A stretch of 63,659 bases of DNA, the filler included, from Phoronis australis (lineage: Eukaryota > Animalia > Phoronida), in NCBI GenBank assembly GCA_002633005.1. It is 5 parts of 5 records of this genome, joined end to end, with 100 filler letters (N's around TTAATTAATTAA, not from the genome) between each part and the next. Parts side by side here need not be neighbours in the genome. Positions count along the whole stretch, not along the records: positions 13,967 to 32,327 come from NMRA01000336.1; 4 more parts are not named here. One strand, given 5' to 3'. Position numbers and translations under genes: made by a program. The notes beneath the pieces are model-generated. The model did no database searches. It worked only from the letters and a program-made list of their open reading frames with translations, and was not told where the DNA came from. This document shows, piece after piece, positions 14,421-28,074 of the stretch. Within the stretch, counting starts at the first letter, position 1. Every line of letters begins with the position of its first letter.

Positions 14421-17400
14421 TACTCTGGCTGATCTGCTAAATCCAGTGGGTGCATTATTGTATCAGCACAGCTGTGTAGGGAAATAGGCTTGTGTGTTGT
14501 CGCAAGCTTTATTTGCACCAGAACTGCTTGTGTGAACAGCACAAATCTAAAATTTATCTTGTCTAAGACTGAATTTTTATCCAGGCACGGATCATGATCC
14601 TGGGCCACATGGTAATGTTACATTGTTCATTTTGTTTAGCCACTAGATTTTTTGGTCTGACAGGATTTCTCAGTGTGGCCATCACATTTAGATGGTTTCT
14701 GACCACTGTACTGTTCCTTTTCCTTGAAGATGCATAATTGATCTGAATTTATGTTTCCGCATTTTATTTACCATTATAGATTTTTGTTTGTAAATGGGTA
14801 TATATTACTGAAATTTGAGACCCTGTTGCAATTAGGCTGGTTTTGTTAACTTATCTTTCTACCTGGGTTGTAAACCCATATTCTGTCCAGGAGGTAATAA
14901 GTTTTGATTTAGCTCTATAAACTTTGCTCAGTTTGTTTCTTATCCAGATGGGAAGTGATTTCTGGAATTATAGCAAATTCACAGTTTGCTATTCCTTGAG
15001 ACCATGCTGTGTGTATAAAATCACACACTATTAGTCTGGTCTCTAGCAATTGCATATTGCCAGATCTTTCAAAGTTCTGAAATTGCTCAAAAGTGACCTG
15101 GAAGTAAAACCTATTTCGTGATGGTAAAATGTCTAAATCAAGAGTTGTTATATGTGATTTTGGGCGAGTTTGTGTCACTTCAAATGATTTTTTGTTGCAG
15201 TACTGAAACGTATTGGCACATTAGCTCTGGTGGCTCCTTTTTTTGTCGAATTGACCATTTTATGGTTCCCATGGGTAATTTTGTTACTGGTGTAGTATGT
15301 ATGTACAACTGTAATCGTAGGGCAATTGTAATGCAAACCATGTTGCAAAAGTATTTTTTTCATGACCATTTCATTGGAAAATGCTGCCTAATTGGAACCG
15401 ACAAGCCAATTTTTCATTTTGTGGTGGTTACTTTTGATAAGAACATTGATGTGGTAAATACAGCTATCTCAAGTTTGTGAAGAAGAGATTTCCAGTGTTG
15501 TCAGCGATATTGCGAAATCACTTTTTCGCAGTGAGACTACATCACCTTAAGTGTAATTCCCTGGCTTTATGGGCTTTGTGTGGTTGACTCTGTCCTGTAG
15601 CAATTAGAGTGTTGAAAAGATCTAGAAGGCAATTTTTTATTAGAGTCATAATATTTGCACTTTTGACTGTACAGTTATCTTTACATTGTATTACGAAAAC
15701 ATATTTTGTAGTACACAAGTCTCTGGTTGGTATTTTATATTTTTTCACGAGGAATATTTTCAACTTAGATGAGTTGTCTGTGAGGTAGGCAATTTTCAAA
15801 TAAGATAATGAATAAAATTGTCAAACATTGTTTTATTTTTTAGATGTGTGATCTTCTAATAAGTGATTACTTTTAAAAAACCTGTGCAGAATTTGATTTT
15901 TACTCTTCTTTTAAAGGAGAATAAACCCATAAACCTGCATTGTCTAGAAATTTTACTCATATTACAGGGTTGGGGATTGGAATCTTAATACAACAGAGTC
16001 TGAACCCGTACCATGAGCAATACAACACCATACACGGATATAAAAATTTGGTGTTTAGGTTCCATGGAAAGGATTTGTGTGCGTGGTAATAGTTACTAAG
16101 GTGCATGATCAATGTTTGTGGATACTTTGGGATTCCTCCTCTGTGGTCATCCACGGGAAAGCTGGTCGCATAGAGAACAACAGATTAGCATCTTCATTGT
16201 TATAAAAAAGATATAATGACGAACACTTATCGGCACCGGTCTGATGTACGCAAGGTTCTATATCCATGCAACCTGTGTTGTTATATCCAACAATGACACA
16301 ACAAAGGAAAACAATGATAGGACCGATGGGCGAAAAACATGCGACGAGTTGCCACAGACAGTGGTGGAGTTTATCTTGGCATTCGAATGTTTTTAGAGAA
16401 CTGCAAACCCGGTATTTCGTCAGGAAAATTTCTGCGGTCTTTTGTTTTAAGTCGTGGGAAAAACTGCTGTCATGCCACCAAACTTATCATTCATTTGATG
16501 TTACAATGCATTGCATGAACATTTGATCAACAGAAAATCTGAGTTGAATATGTGTGAAGAAATACCCATGAGGAAATTGCAAAGTAAAACAACTGTAAAT
16601 CAAAATAACCTACATTTGTCGAGTTCATGTCTAACCCTGTTCACTGTGGAGGACATAATAGGCTTTTTACAAAATGGAGCCATGTATGGTATTTAGGGGT
16701 ACTATAGCCCAAAGTGATAAGTAGTAAAACGTTCAAAACATTCAGGAGAAACTAACTTGTTGCAAAATATCGAAAAATATGAAGGACAATCGGATTTTAC
16801 GGTGCTCACGCATCGATCTCAGATACATGAAAATTTCTCATTTTAGTACATTTGAGGTGCCAAAATGTATAACTAATAAACTGGCTGACAAAGATTTTAT
16901 TTTATGCAATGAAAGTAATATGTTTTGTCAACATTTTGGCTAAGTTTCATTCTCATAACAGTGGGGGCAGATTTGGTACAGCAGTGTACTGAACACAACC
17001 TCAAAATGGCATAACGGGGGGCAGTGTAGTAAAACTACGAAATGAGGGTGGTAAATCGGAATCGTGTTTCAAGACATCTGTGTAACAATCTATAGGCACC
17101 ACCAAACAATGCCAAGTGAATAATAAATCAATAGCTTTCATTCAAGGAAAAATATGATCAGTTAAAACTGGACAGTTTTTATACCGTGAAAACATGGCTG
17201 TGAAACCGTAAAATGTGTTTGAACCTATAACTTTAGAAAAACACAATATTTTGAGGAAATATTTTACCGCTATTTATAGATCCCATAGGACTACGTATGT
17301 GCCAAATTTGGTGAAAATCGGCTGACCCCCACCTTGCTGCTCATGGTTGGTGCTCTCGTGGACTAGTACTTAAAGGCGAAGGCAACCTTTTTTCATGTCA

Positions 17401-17669
17401 TTTTGAGCTAAAATAAGGTTGGTTGGTTATCCTAGACATATTTTCCACTTAATTACAGCTTTTCGTAACTTTTTTAATTACTCGTCCGCTACTCCGGAAG
17501 TGACGTTTTAGGAGGCAAGCGTTTCCCGCCAATTGGTTTTACGTTGAGTTTACCGTGCTAATCTGTTCTGTTCTACTTTTGTTTTGTGTTTTTTTCTGCG
17601 GCAACATAGGTTACTAGAGAACTCAACTACGTTGGATTTAGGGATTGTTTAGAGTGTTGTAAGCTGAAA

Positions 17670-17965
17670 ATTGCTGGACTCGGTGAGCGGTATCACAGTA
17701 ACAGTAGTGTGAGTGACGGAGACCTTGTTCACAGCAGTGGTGACGAAGAATTTTTTCACGGACATTCAGTGGGTGGGTACATGTTTGAGCCCGAGTATAA
17801 CGAGGCAGAGTACGCACAGGCACAGGCAGCTGTTGAGAGAAACGAGGCGGCTACTGAGGACAGACGTGGTGACACATCTTGGTGCAAATGCACTGTGTGC
17901 GTTGTTATTCCTACCTCAATGGAATGCTTGTGCTGTTCAGAGTTCGATGAGGCCAAGCCACTACC
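17670..17965 (+). pseudogene. 5' half of KolX-type protein (P2X7 ballast-like Cys-rich domain)
   Basis: Acidic N-terminus, GYMFEPEY, then WCKCTVC..ECLCCSEF. Start codon is ATT here and ATG at 45895 in copy 2. Truncated at the deletion junction. Confidence 0.75.
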
Positions 17966-17974
17966 GGACACAGT

Positions 17975-18761
17975 TAAGTGGACCTCCGGCATACCACGGA
18001 CAGAGGAACAACTGTCCCACTTGCCAGTGTCCTGCGACACATTCCCACTGGATGGTGACCTGAGCACCCAAACTGCTTACATCGTGTCGTGTGACTACCT
18101 CGCCACACACCTGGCACCTTCTTAATAGCTACAACACTTTAGACAAGTCCACAATAAACTTATCAAAGTTTGGCTCACCGATCTGTTCACTGGACGACCA
18201 ACAGTCCTCTTCACTGGGTGTCGCACTGGGCCTGTAATCACTCCCACTACTCAATATCACTGCAGGGCTGCTTAGAGGCTCTGGGCTAGAGAAAACAGCT
18301 CAGGGCGAATCACTACTGGTTCCAGGAATGGCACGCTCTGGGGTACGTTCAGAGGCACGGGTGACAGTAAATGAAGTGCCTCCACTGGCTCCAGTCACTG
18401 TACTGGCCACAGCTCGCGAGGCTTCTCGCTTCAAAAACGCACATCTCGGGGGTGGCGATGGGGCATTGCCGGGAATCAACACGGACGGAATGGCATCCTG
18501 CTTCAGGCGTTGTTTCGCAGGGACCTTCATCAGTTCAGCGTACAAATCCCTTTCGTAATCGGACGGCAGAAAGTGTTTGCCACACACACAGTAATTCTCG
18601 ACTGCTTTGTACGTTGCGTGGACGGGTAACGCTGCGCTCTTCACACGAACAAGCCAAGTACGGCGAAGTGTGTCATCCATCGGAAAGCGATGCAAAGGTA
18701 CTCCGAAAGCGCGCGTGAGACGATAATTAGTACATCCCGGTACGCAGCAACAGTGTGGCAT
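17975..18761 (-). pseudogene. THAP-domain transposase, N-terminal part only
   Basis: MPHCCCVPGC..HRFP..W..VCGKHF..AIPSV is a THAP domain. Beyond a stop it continues KFIVDLSKVL*LLRRCQVCG..GAQVTIQWECVAGH, the zinc module of THAP-Kolobok transposases. DDE core is missing. Confidence 0.85.
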
Positions 18762-19531
18762 GTTGACTGAATAGTAAATGAAAGCAAACGACGACGGAAC
18801 TTAACACAACCGAGGTAGAACAATGACTGAGTCGGCAGCTCTCACAGTCAGACTATGTGAAAAGAAATTGGCACGAAATGCTTGCCTCCTAAAACATCAC
18901 TTCCGGAGTAGCGGACGAGTAATTAACAAAATTAAGAAAAGATGTAATTAAGTGGAAAATATGTCTAGGATAACCAACCAACCTTATTTTAGCTCAAAAT
19001 GACATGGAAAAAGGTTGACTTCGCCTTTAATCCAATCTTCTTTTCAGAAGTCCTCAATTTGTTCTCAGTTTTTACGTAATGAAGTGCTTTTTGTGAAATT
19101 GCAGTGACCCTTGATCTGCCTCTTGTCACGGGAATGTTGCTATTTTTGTCTCGTATCCTTGACAATACAACACCAGGCAGTTACACAGGCAACACTACGA
19201 ATGACTCAAGTGCTGCGAAAAGTAGTAAAGACGGTATATAATAAGTTTTACATGTTATTCTGTTACCGCCTTCTTGATGTCAATCAATGTGTTCACCAAT
19301 TTAACTTACCTTTGGAAATAGAAAAGTTAATGTTTGCTGTTCAAAGTGTCTCTGAAGCTACTGTTTTTATCTTCATTGAAAATTTTGTTTTTGTTTAATA
19401 TTTCCTTAGTTTGTTAAGATTTCTAGCAAATTTTTATAAGTTGATATTCAGTGTCATTTCTTACCCCCTCTGTGTGGAGAACTACCATCAGTGAAGCATT
19501 CAGGTGAGATCACTGCTCTCCTTTGTTTCAG

Positions 19532-22500
19532 GTAACTGCACAGGTGGTGTGGGTGGCTCCACCCGGTGGGACTTCCTGCAGGGTGAGGGTGCCCTTCAGA
19601 CACGCCAGGGTCTGCTGCGCTTGGGTGCCTCTAGCAAGGTGTACCGCTGTAAGCTGCACAAGCACCTACTGAATCACAAACAGCAGCTGTTGAGTCTGGA
19701 ACAGGCAAAGAAAAAATATGGTGCAATGCACAAGAGTGAGTGTATGAAATGCAGTGAAAGGTCTTACATTATCATTCTTTAAAACTTACAACAGAAGCTG
19801 GATATCCAATAAAGACTTAACTGCCACACATATTATGTAGAAGGCGGCGAGTCATTAAGATGAAAAGAATGATTTTATTGTATAATTTTGTTAAGGAACT
19901 GTTTTTTTTGAAGTCGTGTATAATTAGTGCCAGTGTAAATGACTTGGAACTCGTAGAAAGTTTTACTTATTATGTTCTGTTTCACTGTTGTGGTGTGTAT
20001 TACTTTTCTTGTGCTGTCTTTTCTGTCTCCAAGGTAGCATAAATGAATTGTAGTCACCTTCTAAATTTTGTTGATTTTACAACAAGAATGTAGTTTTATC
20101 GGTTTTGAAAACCACTGTTCTAAAAGGTATACTTTTTCAGTTTAGACTCAAAAATGCAAGAGATGGATCTTGTGCAGAAGCTGAACGACGCCAGCAAGAA
20201 GGCGGCCGAGGCGCTGCTCAGTCAGAATGGGGACCAGGTGTTACCTAAGCAATTGGAACAGCACTCGGCCAAGGTGAGCGCTTATCTTATCCTGGTCTTT
20301 GAGGTCATTAAGGTCATCATTAGCTGCAGAAAAACAGTGACCAAGAAGGAAATCACTAAAGGTTCCAATAGAATAACTAGATGAAAAGTAATTCTGGCCA
20401 AGAGCTGTCGGGGAGTAAGTCATTATACTGTTAGTTTTTAGTTGGTCATGTAATATTAGTTTTTATTTTTTGTCGTGTCAAACCTTATTATGTCCCACTT
20501 TTTTTTCGTATATTGAAAGCTTTTCATATGCTTTTATTTTTCTGTGAGGTTTCCCATGCGTTTCACTTTTAAGCAGTAAAAGTTTCTAAAACTGTTTCAC
20601 TGTAAGGGTTGATTTCTGCACTTTGTGCAGTAGTTTTCAAAATGAAATGGACATTGTCGAAAGTTTCAGCACACAAAACAATGATTTAATATCCATGTAT
20701 TTTCGAGTGGAATCCATTTAAATTCTGGCTAAATCTCGAGAAAATCTTAACAAGTGTTACCTCGTGCACATTTTCGAAACTGCGACAAATTGCTGTGCAT
20801 GTCTGTTAAAACAAGAAAATGTAATTCCAAGGTTTGATATTTTTGGGAAACATTTTTTCTTTCACATAAATCTTAATTTAATGTTGCCCAACTTGTTCTC
20901 ACCACAGCCCCTTAAGGATATCATTCAGATTCGCCACACTGATGGAGATTTACTCCATAAACTGCCAAAAGATGGCGGCAACTCTGCAGCCAGTGAAGGA
21001 GAGCCCCTACCTGATCTGTGCATTGTTCTGCCACGCGACAAGTGTCTCTCTGTTATTCATGGACTTGTGGCACTCGTCCTGGCCTTGGATTTCTCTTGTA
21101 ATGTCGATCTTTTCTTGGTGGCTTGCAAGGTAAAGGGAGTGTCACGTAGTTTTCAAATTGAATTTTAGCAACGAAAATTTAGTATCTTCCAAAATATTTA
21201 ATGACGTATCTTCTTGTCAAAAATAGGTAGAAATTTGGAGAAGAAATTTAGGGCTAATTTTGTGCTGTATTTTTGCCATTTTTTTTTCTGGGCTTTTTAC
21301 CATAAATTCGGCATTGAAATTCCTCAACTTTTTAAAATAATACAGAAACTGTATTATTATTATTACCATAGTTACTTATACTTTATTATCACCATAGTAT
21401 ATTTATTACGACCATAGTTAATTGTACTTGACATGGAGTTTAAGCTAGCAGATAATACAATGTAGAAAGTCTTGTTCATGAAGTGCTGCTTGGTAACATT
21501 ACTACAGAAATGTAACAGTGGTTTATAATACGTTGCTGCTACAAGCCTGATCCAGTGTTCAGTCATCATGTGTTCTGGGCACCAGTGGTCTCGGCACATG
21601 TCATTATTCATGTAGAAGTTGCCATTAAGCTAGGCGCTGTTTGCCTTAGGAATGAACACTCTGTTAACGTATTGGTCTATTTAGTTGAAGCATTGTCTCA
21701 TTGTTGTTGCAAGGTGATTGCCAAAGATCACAACGACCACTCGGCCAGCCATCATGAGGGTCAGCCCTCTCAGCGAGTGACCGCTTCGCTATCCCAGTTG
21801 CCCGCTGTCGCTCATGACAAAGCCGTCCTAACAATAGCCCTATAGTGAGCCAGCCAACCACACAAATCGCTTGTGCAGTATTACGTAAGCATTAACTAGG
21901 CCTTGGGCAGACACCAGAATAGAAGTTTCAGATATAAATATTTATGTATGTGTTAAAAATTTTTGTGCTATATTGAAAATTATTGATCAAAATCGATTAC
22001 CGTATTCGCCGTAATAACCGCCCATGCCCCTATAAGCGCCCCCACGCGTTTTCAGACTATGCTGAAATAAGCGCCCAATCCATGAACGTGTACACGGGAA
22101 CAATGACGTACCTACAGTCCTAAAACTTGGCTACAGTAGCGTCTTCAATTTATTAAAAAAGTTTTGCACGGGTCTTCTAGACCACCAGCGGCACTGCTAC
22201 GTTTGTATTTAGCCGTGACTTTACACTTCAAAGTAACGCAGCCCTTCAAAAAGAACGCAACAGCGTTGCTACTCTCTCGCGACGACCGTGTCCCACTCTA
22301 TGGTCTGACCTTTCGGTAGACACATCGACTGTCTCATGAATAAAACGCACGTGGCCAGGAAGCGCGCGCGCTACATACATGAACCTGTCATCAAAGACAT
22401 TAGTCGGGAATTTTCCATTCATGAAACGGGTAGCATAGCATCGATAAGAAATGAATATTGGCACTAATTTCCGACAATTTCTAATACTATAAAACATGTT

Positions 22501-25456
22501 TGCGTTATTTTTGAGATGTATTGTTTGATTAACCATAATTGGTGTTTTTAAGCCGAACATCCGATAAAGTGACAACTGACAGTGAATGCTTACACACCCT
22601 TACACCGAAAAATAACTGTCAGATAGTTACGTACGCATCCAGCTACACGGCGACTAATATGGGCCTTACCGAGACAAATGTCGAAAGTTTTTAGCACGAG
22701 ACCGGCAAGTGCTGAATGAAACACGCTCTGGTTTAGGCCTACTGCCTGTGCAAATTTCTTTAGACACATCTAGCTAGTTAGAGTGCGTGCCTCTGGCCAA
22801 AAGACGGTCTCTGCTTTGGCAAATGAACTCTGGTGACACGCACGCGCTCGCTTATTCGCAGACGAACTTCAAAACAAACGTCACGTGACAACATGTTTGT
22901 TCGTCCAGACATTTTTCTCGCCGTGTTGCCGATCATACATGTAGATGCACAGATTTGTATTTAAACCTGCCGTTAATCCAGACTCCACGGGAACTTAAAA
23001 AATCTTAGAGATGCTACTTATAAAACTTAATGAGGATTTCAGGTAATTTGCTCGAGTCAAAACCATTTTTATTCAAGCATAGAAATTGCCATATCGAAGA
23101 CGGCGATTTCGAGGCAGTCAGTCGGCGAGTTTTCGTCCTGGAATTTCAGCACAATTTTCTGTAGAATGGTCGTAATTTAGCTGCAAAGTTTGATAGCAAT
23201 GCAACACAGTTTTGTTGAAGGTCTTTCATAGATTACATATACGTCACAGAGCGTAAATTTTATGAATCTTAGCTTCCGATTTCACCCGTTTCGGAGACCG
23301 GGTTTCAACCGCTTTGGGTTATAATAAGCGCCCCGCCCCACCTGAACCGAACTTTTCTAAGCGCCCTGGGCGGTTATTACGGCGAATACGGTACATACAG
23401 TCGTTGAACGGTGAAAATTGATGCCCAACTTGCCGAGAAACAAACCTTGTCGTCACTCAGAGAAACGAAAAGTCCGAGAAAAGGAGACCGAAGTCCACTA
23501 AAAAAGATACATACGCACAGTTCTGATAGGTGGTACCCGGCGTTTTTTTAGTCCTCTCAATTTTTTTGCCCACATGGACAGAAATTCGAGCCCCCCATTT
23601 TCAAGGCTGGGCGCGCGCATGCTCGCGATTGATTAGTCTTCTAATGGGATCAGAGAATTGTACTATCTCAGTGCACAAATGTCCTACGTATTTTAAATCA
23701 AGAGTAGCGTGAATTTGACACCAGTTACTTATTTCTCGGGAGTTTTGAGACTGCTCAGACGATGCATCATGTGGCGTACGAACTTGGAATTCAAAAACAC
23801 TATCAGAATAGGTGGTCTTTGAAAGGAAAAAACTTATGACTTTAAAAATACTGTTCTGTTTTGGCCCTAGCTATGATTATGGTATTCGTAAAACATCCTT
23901 TTACAACGAACATTTCAAATGTTTAAACTTCCAACAGCCATCATCTTTTACTCGGGATAAGCGCGCTTCATGCTATCAGAGGGAAATGAAGTGTAATATT
24001 TATACTTGGGCCGAAGTTCTTCGAAAACACTGCCAAATGAAATGGACATAGATATCTAAGCTTGGCCAGCTAAAGGCTGAAAGTAGTGCTTTCCCTTGTG
24101 GTGTAGCTTGGTCTTTAGTAAAAGGCAGAGGAATGCCTATTGTTACCCAAGCCTACAGTTTAAACATCTCCACAATAGCCCTTTATTATGAAAGTCAGTG
24201 CAGGCACAATAGGGTAAGGTATACAAAATCAGATAAGAGATAATGATCCCCTATAGCAGTTCTGAACCTGCTGACCCATATGATCAGTATGTCAGAGGCT
24301 ACCCCATAGGAACAGTTACAGAAGCTTCTCCTATTGTGCGCTGATGTGGAGTATAACCATGGCAACATTAGCTGGAGCGGTCTGTGGGCAGGGCATGCCA
24401 TTGTCTGTCTTTTGCAGTATATTCTTGAAGGTAGGTTTGTGTGCAAGAATTACGTTCTTCTGGCGCACGCATGAACAAAGTTCCTCACCCATAATTATGA
24501 CTCACTCAGTTTACTGACTCATAGTCTGGTTCCTAGACTCACAAACACAGTGCACGGACTTCCTGTCTGTGAGCCAGCAGCTGTATTTTTGGCTACGTCA
24601 GCAGTGTCTTGTGAGTCGGGCACAGTGTTTGAGTCATACCAGTGTATCGGTGAACTGTGTTTGCCGAGCAAATGGGTCAGGCTTTAGTGTTGCTTTCACA
24701 TCTTGCTGTTGCTGAGTGATAATGGTGGAATGCTATAGACATATTTTATATTTTTTACATGATGGAAGTGTCATGCAATATGCGACGGATGCAGAAACTT
24801 TTTATTGAAAACTTTTTGGGTGCTTCAGGTGAAAAGCTGTATCCACCTACAACCGTGAATGAGGCCGTCACCAACTATGAAACCTCCAACCTAGCTCTCG
24901 CAGAGTGAAGAGTTCCAGAACCAAGAGAGTCCTTCGGCAGTGACCATGAGGACCAGCCAATCATAGTTGTTGAAAAGAGTGCAACTGCTGGCGTTAGTGG
25001 TTAGTTATTCACACTTAAGCACCAGTATTCTATGATTGATAGGGAAATACTGATGAGGGTTTTACCCTGTACTCTGTTGATATGCAGAGATATATTTTGA
25101 TAGATCATCATTCTGGAATAAAATACATCCAGTCACCTACTCTCTGTACTCCTAAAGATTTTGTCTGCTTTTTCTAACCAACCTTAGTTGAATCTCTGGA
25201 TCAAGTTTCTCAAATCCTATTTGCACTTGAATGCTTTAGTTTTTTCTTTCTGTGAGGAATGTTTTACCCTGAATGTATCTCCTTACTTTTAGCATTGTCT
25301 GAACCAAAAAAATGGAGAGAAGTACAACAAGGAGACGTCTCTGTTTATGGACCTCCTGCTGGGAGATGCATACGACGATGTGGTGACAACAAACTAAATG
25401 AGTACATCACCGGGGAGCCCAAGTCTACTGACATAGTTAACACCAACAGCACCTCG
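19532..25456 (+). pseudogene. BIRC6: BIRC6/BRUCE/Apollon-like pseudogene, block A (middle of protein)
   Basis: AG/GT-bounded exons 19532-19735 (KLHKHLLNHKQQLLSL), 20146-20273, 20908-21129 (LKDIIQIR..CLSVIHGLVALVLALDFSCNVDLFLVACK), 21714-about 21760 (VIAKITTTTRPAI, +1 frameshift), 24310-24430 (QLQKLLLL..YNHGNISWSGLWA..CLLQYILEG), 24829-24999 (in-frame TGA) and 25293-25456. These match recalled human BIRC6 KQLVHHKQQL / CISVVQKLVLFLLSMDFTCHADLLLFVCKVLARIANATRPTI / FNRGDISWGGAWA. Confidence 0.88.
22000..23391. mobile_element. Tc1/mariner (Tc2/pogo-like) non-autonomous element
   Basis: Perfect 25-bp TIR CCGTATTCGCCGTAATAACCGCCCA, TA TSD at 21998-21999 and 23392-23393, subterminal TAAGCGCCC repeats, no long ORF. 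Confidence 0.9.
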
Positions 25457-26557
25457 GTACATGACTGAAAGAGTATCACCTAGGTTTCAGGTTTTGGCAA
25501 GTGCAACCTGTGAGGGAATTGGAAGACTCTTGTACAGATGTGAGATGCTCTTTCTGATCGAACACGAATGCAAACGAAGATCGAATTGTTTAATTTATTG
25601 TTCTTTGACTATCTTGTTTATAATATCCGTAGATTCCTCATTCTTTTTGCCTTTCAGTGCCCAGTCAAGGATTATGTTTTGAATTTATTTTTTTGTTCAA
25701 CTTCGTTGGCTACTTACCAGTTTTTGACCCATTGAATTCCAACTTTCATGGAATAAAACTCATTTCAGTTTAACTTTACCATCAGACGACAGGATGGCAG
25801 TGTTGCCAAATCCTGAATCAAAGTTGAGGTTTTCCGTTTTTTCCCGTTATAAAGAAATTTCTGTTGATCGCTTACTTGTTGCATTGCAATTGATGTAATG
25901 CCGTCAAAACTGTCCTACTTCAATGTTTAATTGACTCTAGGAAGGAAAAAAATGATTGGGTGTGCACTAACCAATTTGACTTCGCCAACCTACCCCCTTG
26001 CTACCGTCACGCCTCCCTGTTTTCTGGATGTCACCATATTTGTAATGAACCCCACCCCCACGTCCGCCATAGGTGGGGGGGTAATTCCGGGGATGCAGCC
26101 ATCAGGATTTGAGTAACCGTGAACCAACAAACCAACAAAGATTCACGGAGAGTAAGAATGCGTCTAGGCCCCGAGTGCACTGACGGGTAGCTGGGAGCTG
26201 CATGAAGTAACTATAGCTGGATCGAAGGTCAAGGTTCCTTTTATGATGATCCATTTTCGGGAAAACTTCATTTTATCATTAGGATTCTTTGAAGTAATTT
26301 TTGGAAAGGTGAGGTCCCAAGGTGCCTGTTATGAGTGCCTTTGTGGCCGTTTCAGAATCCCTTGATGAAACACAGGCGGTAGTCCAGTTTCTGGTTGCTG
26401 GGGAAAATGATACAGAGTGTGTCCCAAAAATGTACACACTTCAACATCTGGGGTTCAAAAAATTCAGTTCCCGTGGGTAACTGAGATTCTTAGCAGGCCT
26501 ATTGCATGGTTACACTTTATTTTTAACGTGGGTGTGCCTGTCGTGACGTCCTTCGTG

Positions 26558-26802
26558 CATGTGCGCACCATGGGGGGGGGCTCAGGGCTCGGGGGGGCTC
26601 GATGGCCATGTGGGGAAAAAGGTACGTCTCAGAGAAACAAAATATCTGAGAAAATCAAAACGAAAGTCCACTAAAAAGGCAGAATAGGGCGTATGCACAA
26701 TTCATAGCCCTGAACGAACCCCATATTCGTTTTTTTCTTTAGTAAAAGGTCCACATCCTGAAAAATTCAAGCCCCCTCAATTTTAGGCTGGTTGTGTGAA
26801 TG
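26558..26802. repeat. Short GC-rich MITE of the CATG..GCGCACC family
   Basis: Shares GAAAGTCCACTAAAAA and AATTCAAGCCCC..TTTAGGCTGG with 23430-23621 and 7426-7583. Confidence 0.5.
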
Positions 26803-28074
26803 CCCTGTGTGTAGTATGCTTGGGAAATGCAAGCAAACGATTCAGTTTTGAAGAACAAAAATTCATTGCGCAATACTACTGGAATCCAAAAACATCGAGG
26901 GAGTTCAAAGACAACCTTTCCAAGTTGATGACCAATATGTTTGATTTTATTTATTTAAGTACCTAAACTTCGTTTTTCATCTACGGTTTGTAAACTTAAA
27001 ACCAGTAATCTAGTTCCTAAGCCAATAAACAATTGTCATTTGAATTGTGAGAACATTTTATGACACATTGTTGAGTTTGAGTTATCTGAAATTCATCAAA
27101 CCTCGTAAATTTTGGCCAACTTTTTCCTATTAAAATATTAGTGAGACACCAGTTTTCAAACAAATCAACATGTGATGCACTCCTTGTGGCAATTAATTTT
27201 TATGTGCCACCTAGTGGCTATTTTTATTATTTTTGAGTCTGTTGTATTACCAAAAGAGATTCACCATATCTGTGAAGTCAGAAGTAACTTTTTTCATTAG
27301 TGACTCTTAAAAAAGACTATTTGATTTGTTGGATTTGATAAGAAGTGCCATATTTGACGATTTAACTGAATTATATGCTCGTCAAATTATATAAAAGAAA
27401 ATCAGTCACGAACTATTGACCAAGGCACATTCCCAAGATGTGTCAAAAACCAATGGTATTGCAGATTAGGTATTACCCCATCTGAGTAAAAACGAAACTT
27501 GTGTAACTATTATTTCAATGGTCTCACGTGATCATAGTAAGTGGAGAAATAATCTGCCATCATTAGCTTTTGTGTGTATAAGTTGAGGTGCACTTAAAAC
27601 TGACTTCAACGGTTTGCATACTGTACACCTGGATAGTCATTTCAGTGACTGAGGTTCATACAAATACAACCCTATGGAACCGTGTAGTAATGTGTGAATA
27701 GAGAAAGTCATTATTCTCCTTCACTAAAGACCTCCTTGTTGACCTGCTCCTCACCACCGATCTGCTGCAAAAAGACTACACGAATTGACACTGTTTGAGA
27801 ACCTGATGCCGCACTAATCGGCCACGCTGCTGCCATGTTGGTATGAGATTCAGCAGGAGCAACAGCAGTAACATCATCCTCAGCATCTCCAGCAACAGGG
27901 GGAGCTTCTGCAGCACACACGCACCTGGAAACTGCAGCAAGATAGGTAGGTGATATTGAATAATCCGATTCATTAAGCTCTCACTGTATTTTTCTATAGG
28001 CAGTTTGAGAAAGGGCCGTTCACAAACCATGAGGCGTCGCCTTATAGTTTTAGTTGAACTCTCCTCTTTCCCAG

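Larger units (their letters stand above)
17374..19026. mobile_element. Kolobok DNA transposon, internally deleted (copy 1)
   Basis: TTAA TSD at 17370-17373 and 19027-19030. AGG...CCT termini. ~160-bp TIRs (17374-17533 vs about 18867-19026). Convergent THAP-transposase and Cys-rich ORF stubs. Second copy at 45564-47407. Confidence 0.92.

Noticed and set aside
13919-14608. 229-aa minus-strand ORF
   Set aside because: No recognisable domain. It is antisense to a TE remnant and runs through a MITE end into a gap.
14880-16300. Possible further Penelope-like remnants on the minus strand
   Set aside because: Only faint motif resemblance and inconsistent domain order.
17374-19026. piggyBac or P-element assignment
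   Set aside because: TTAA TSD with AGG rather than CCC termini argues against piggyBac. P elements make 8-bp TSDs. The convergent KolX-like ORF fits Kolobok.
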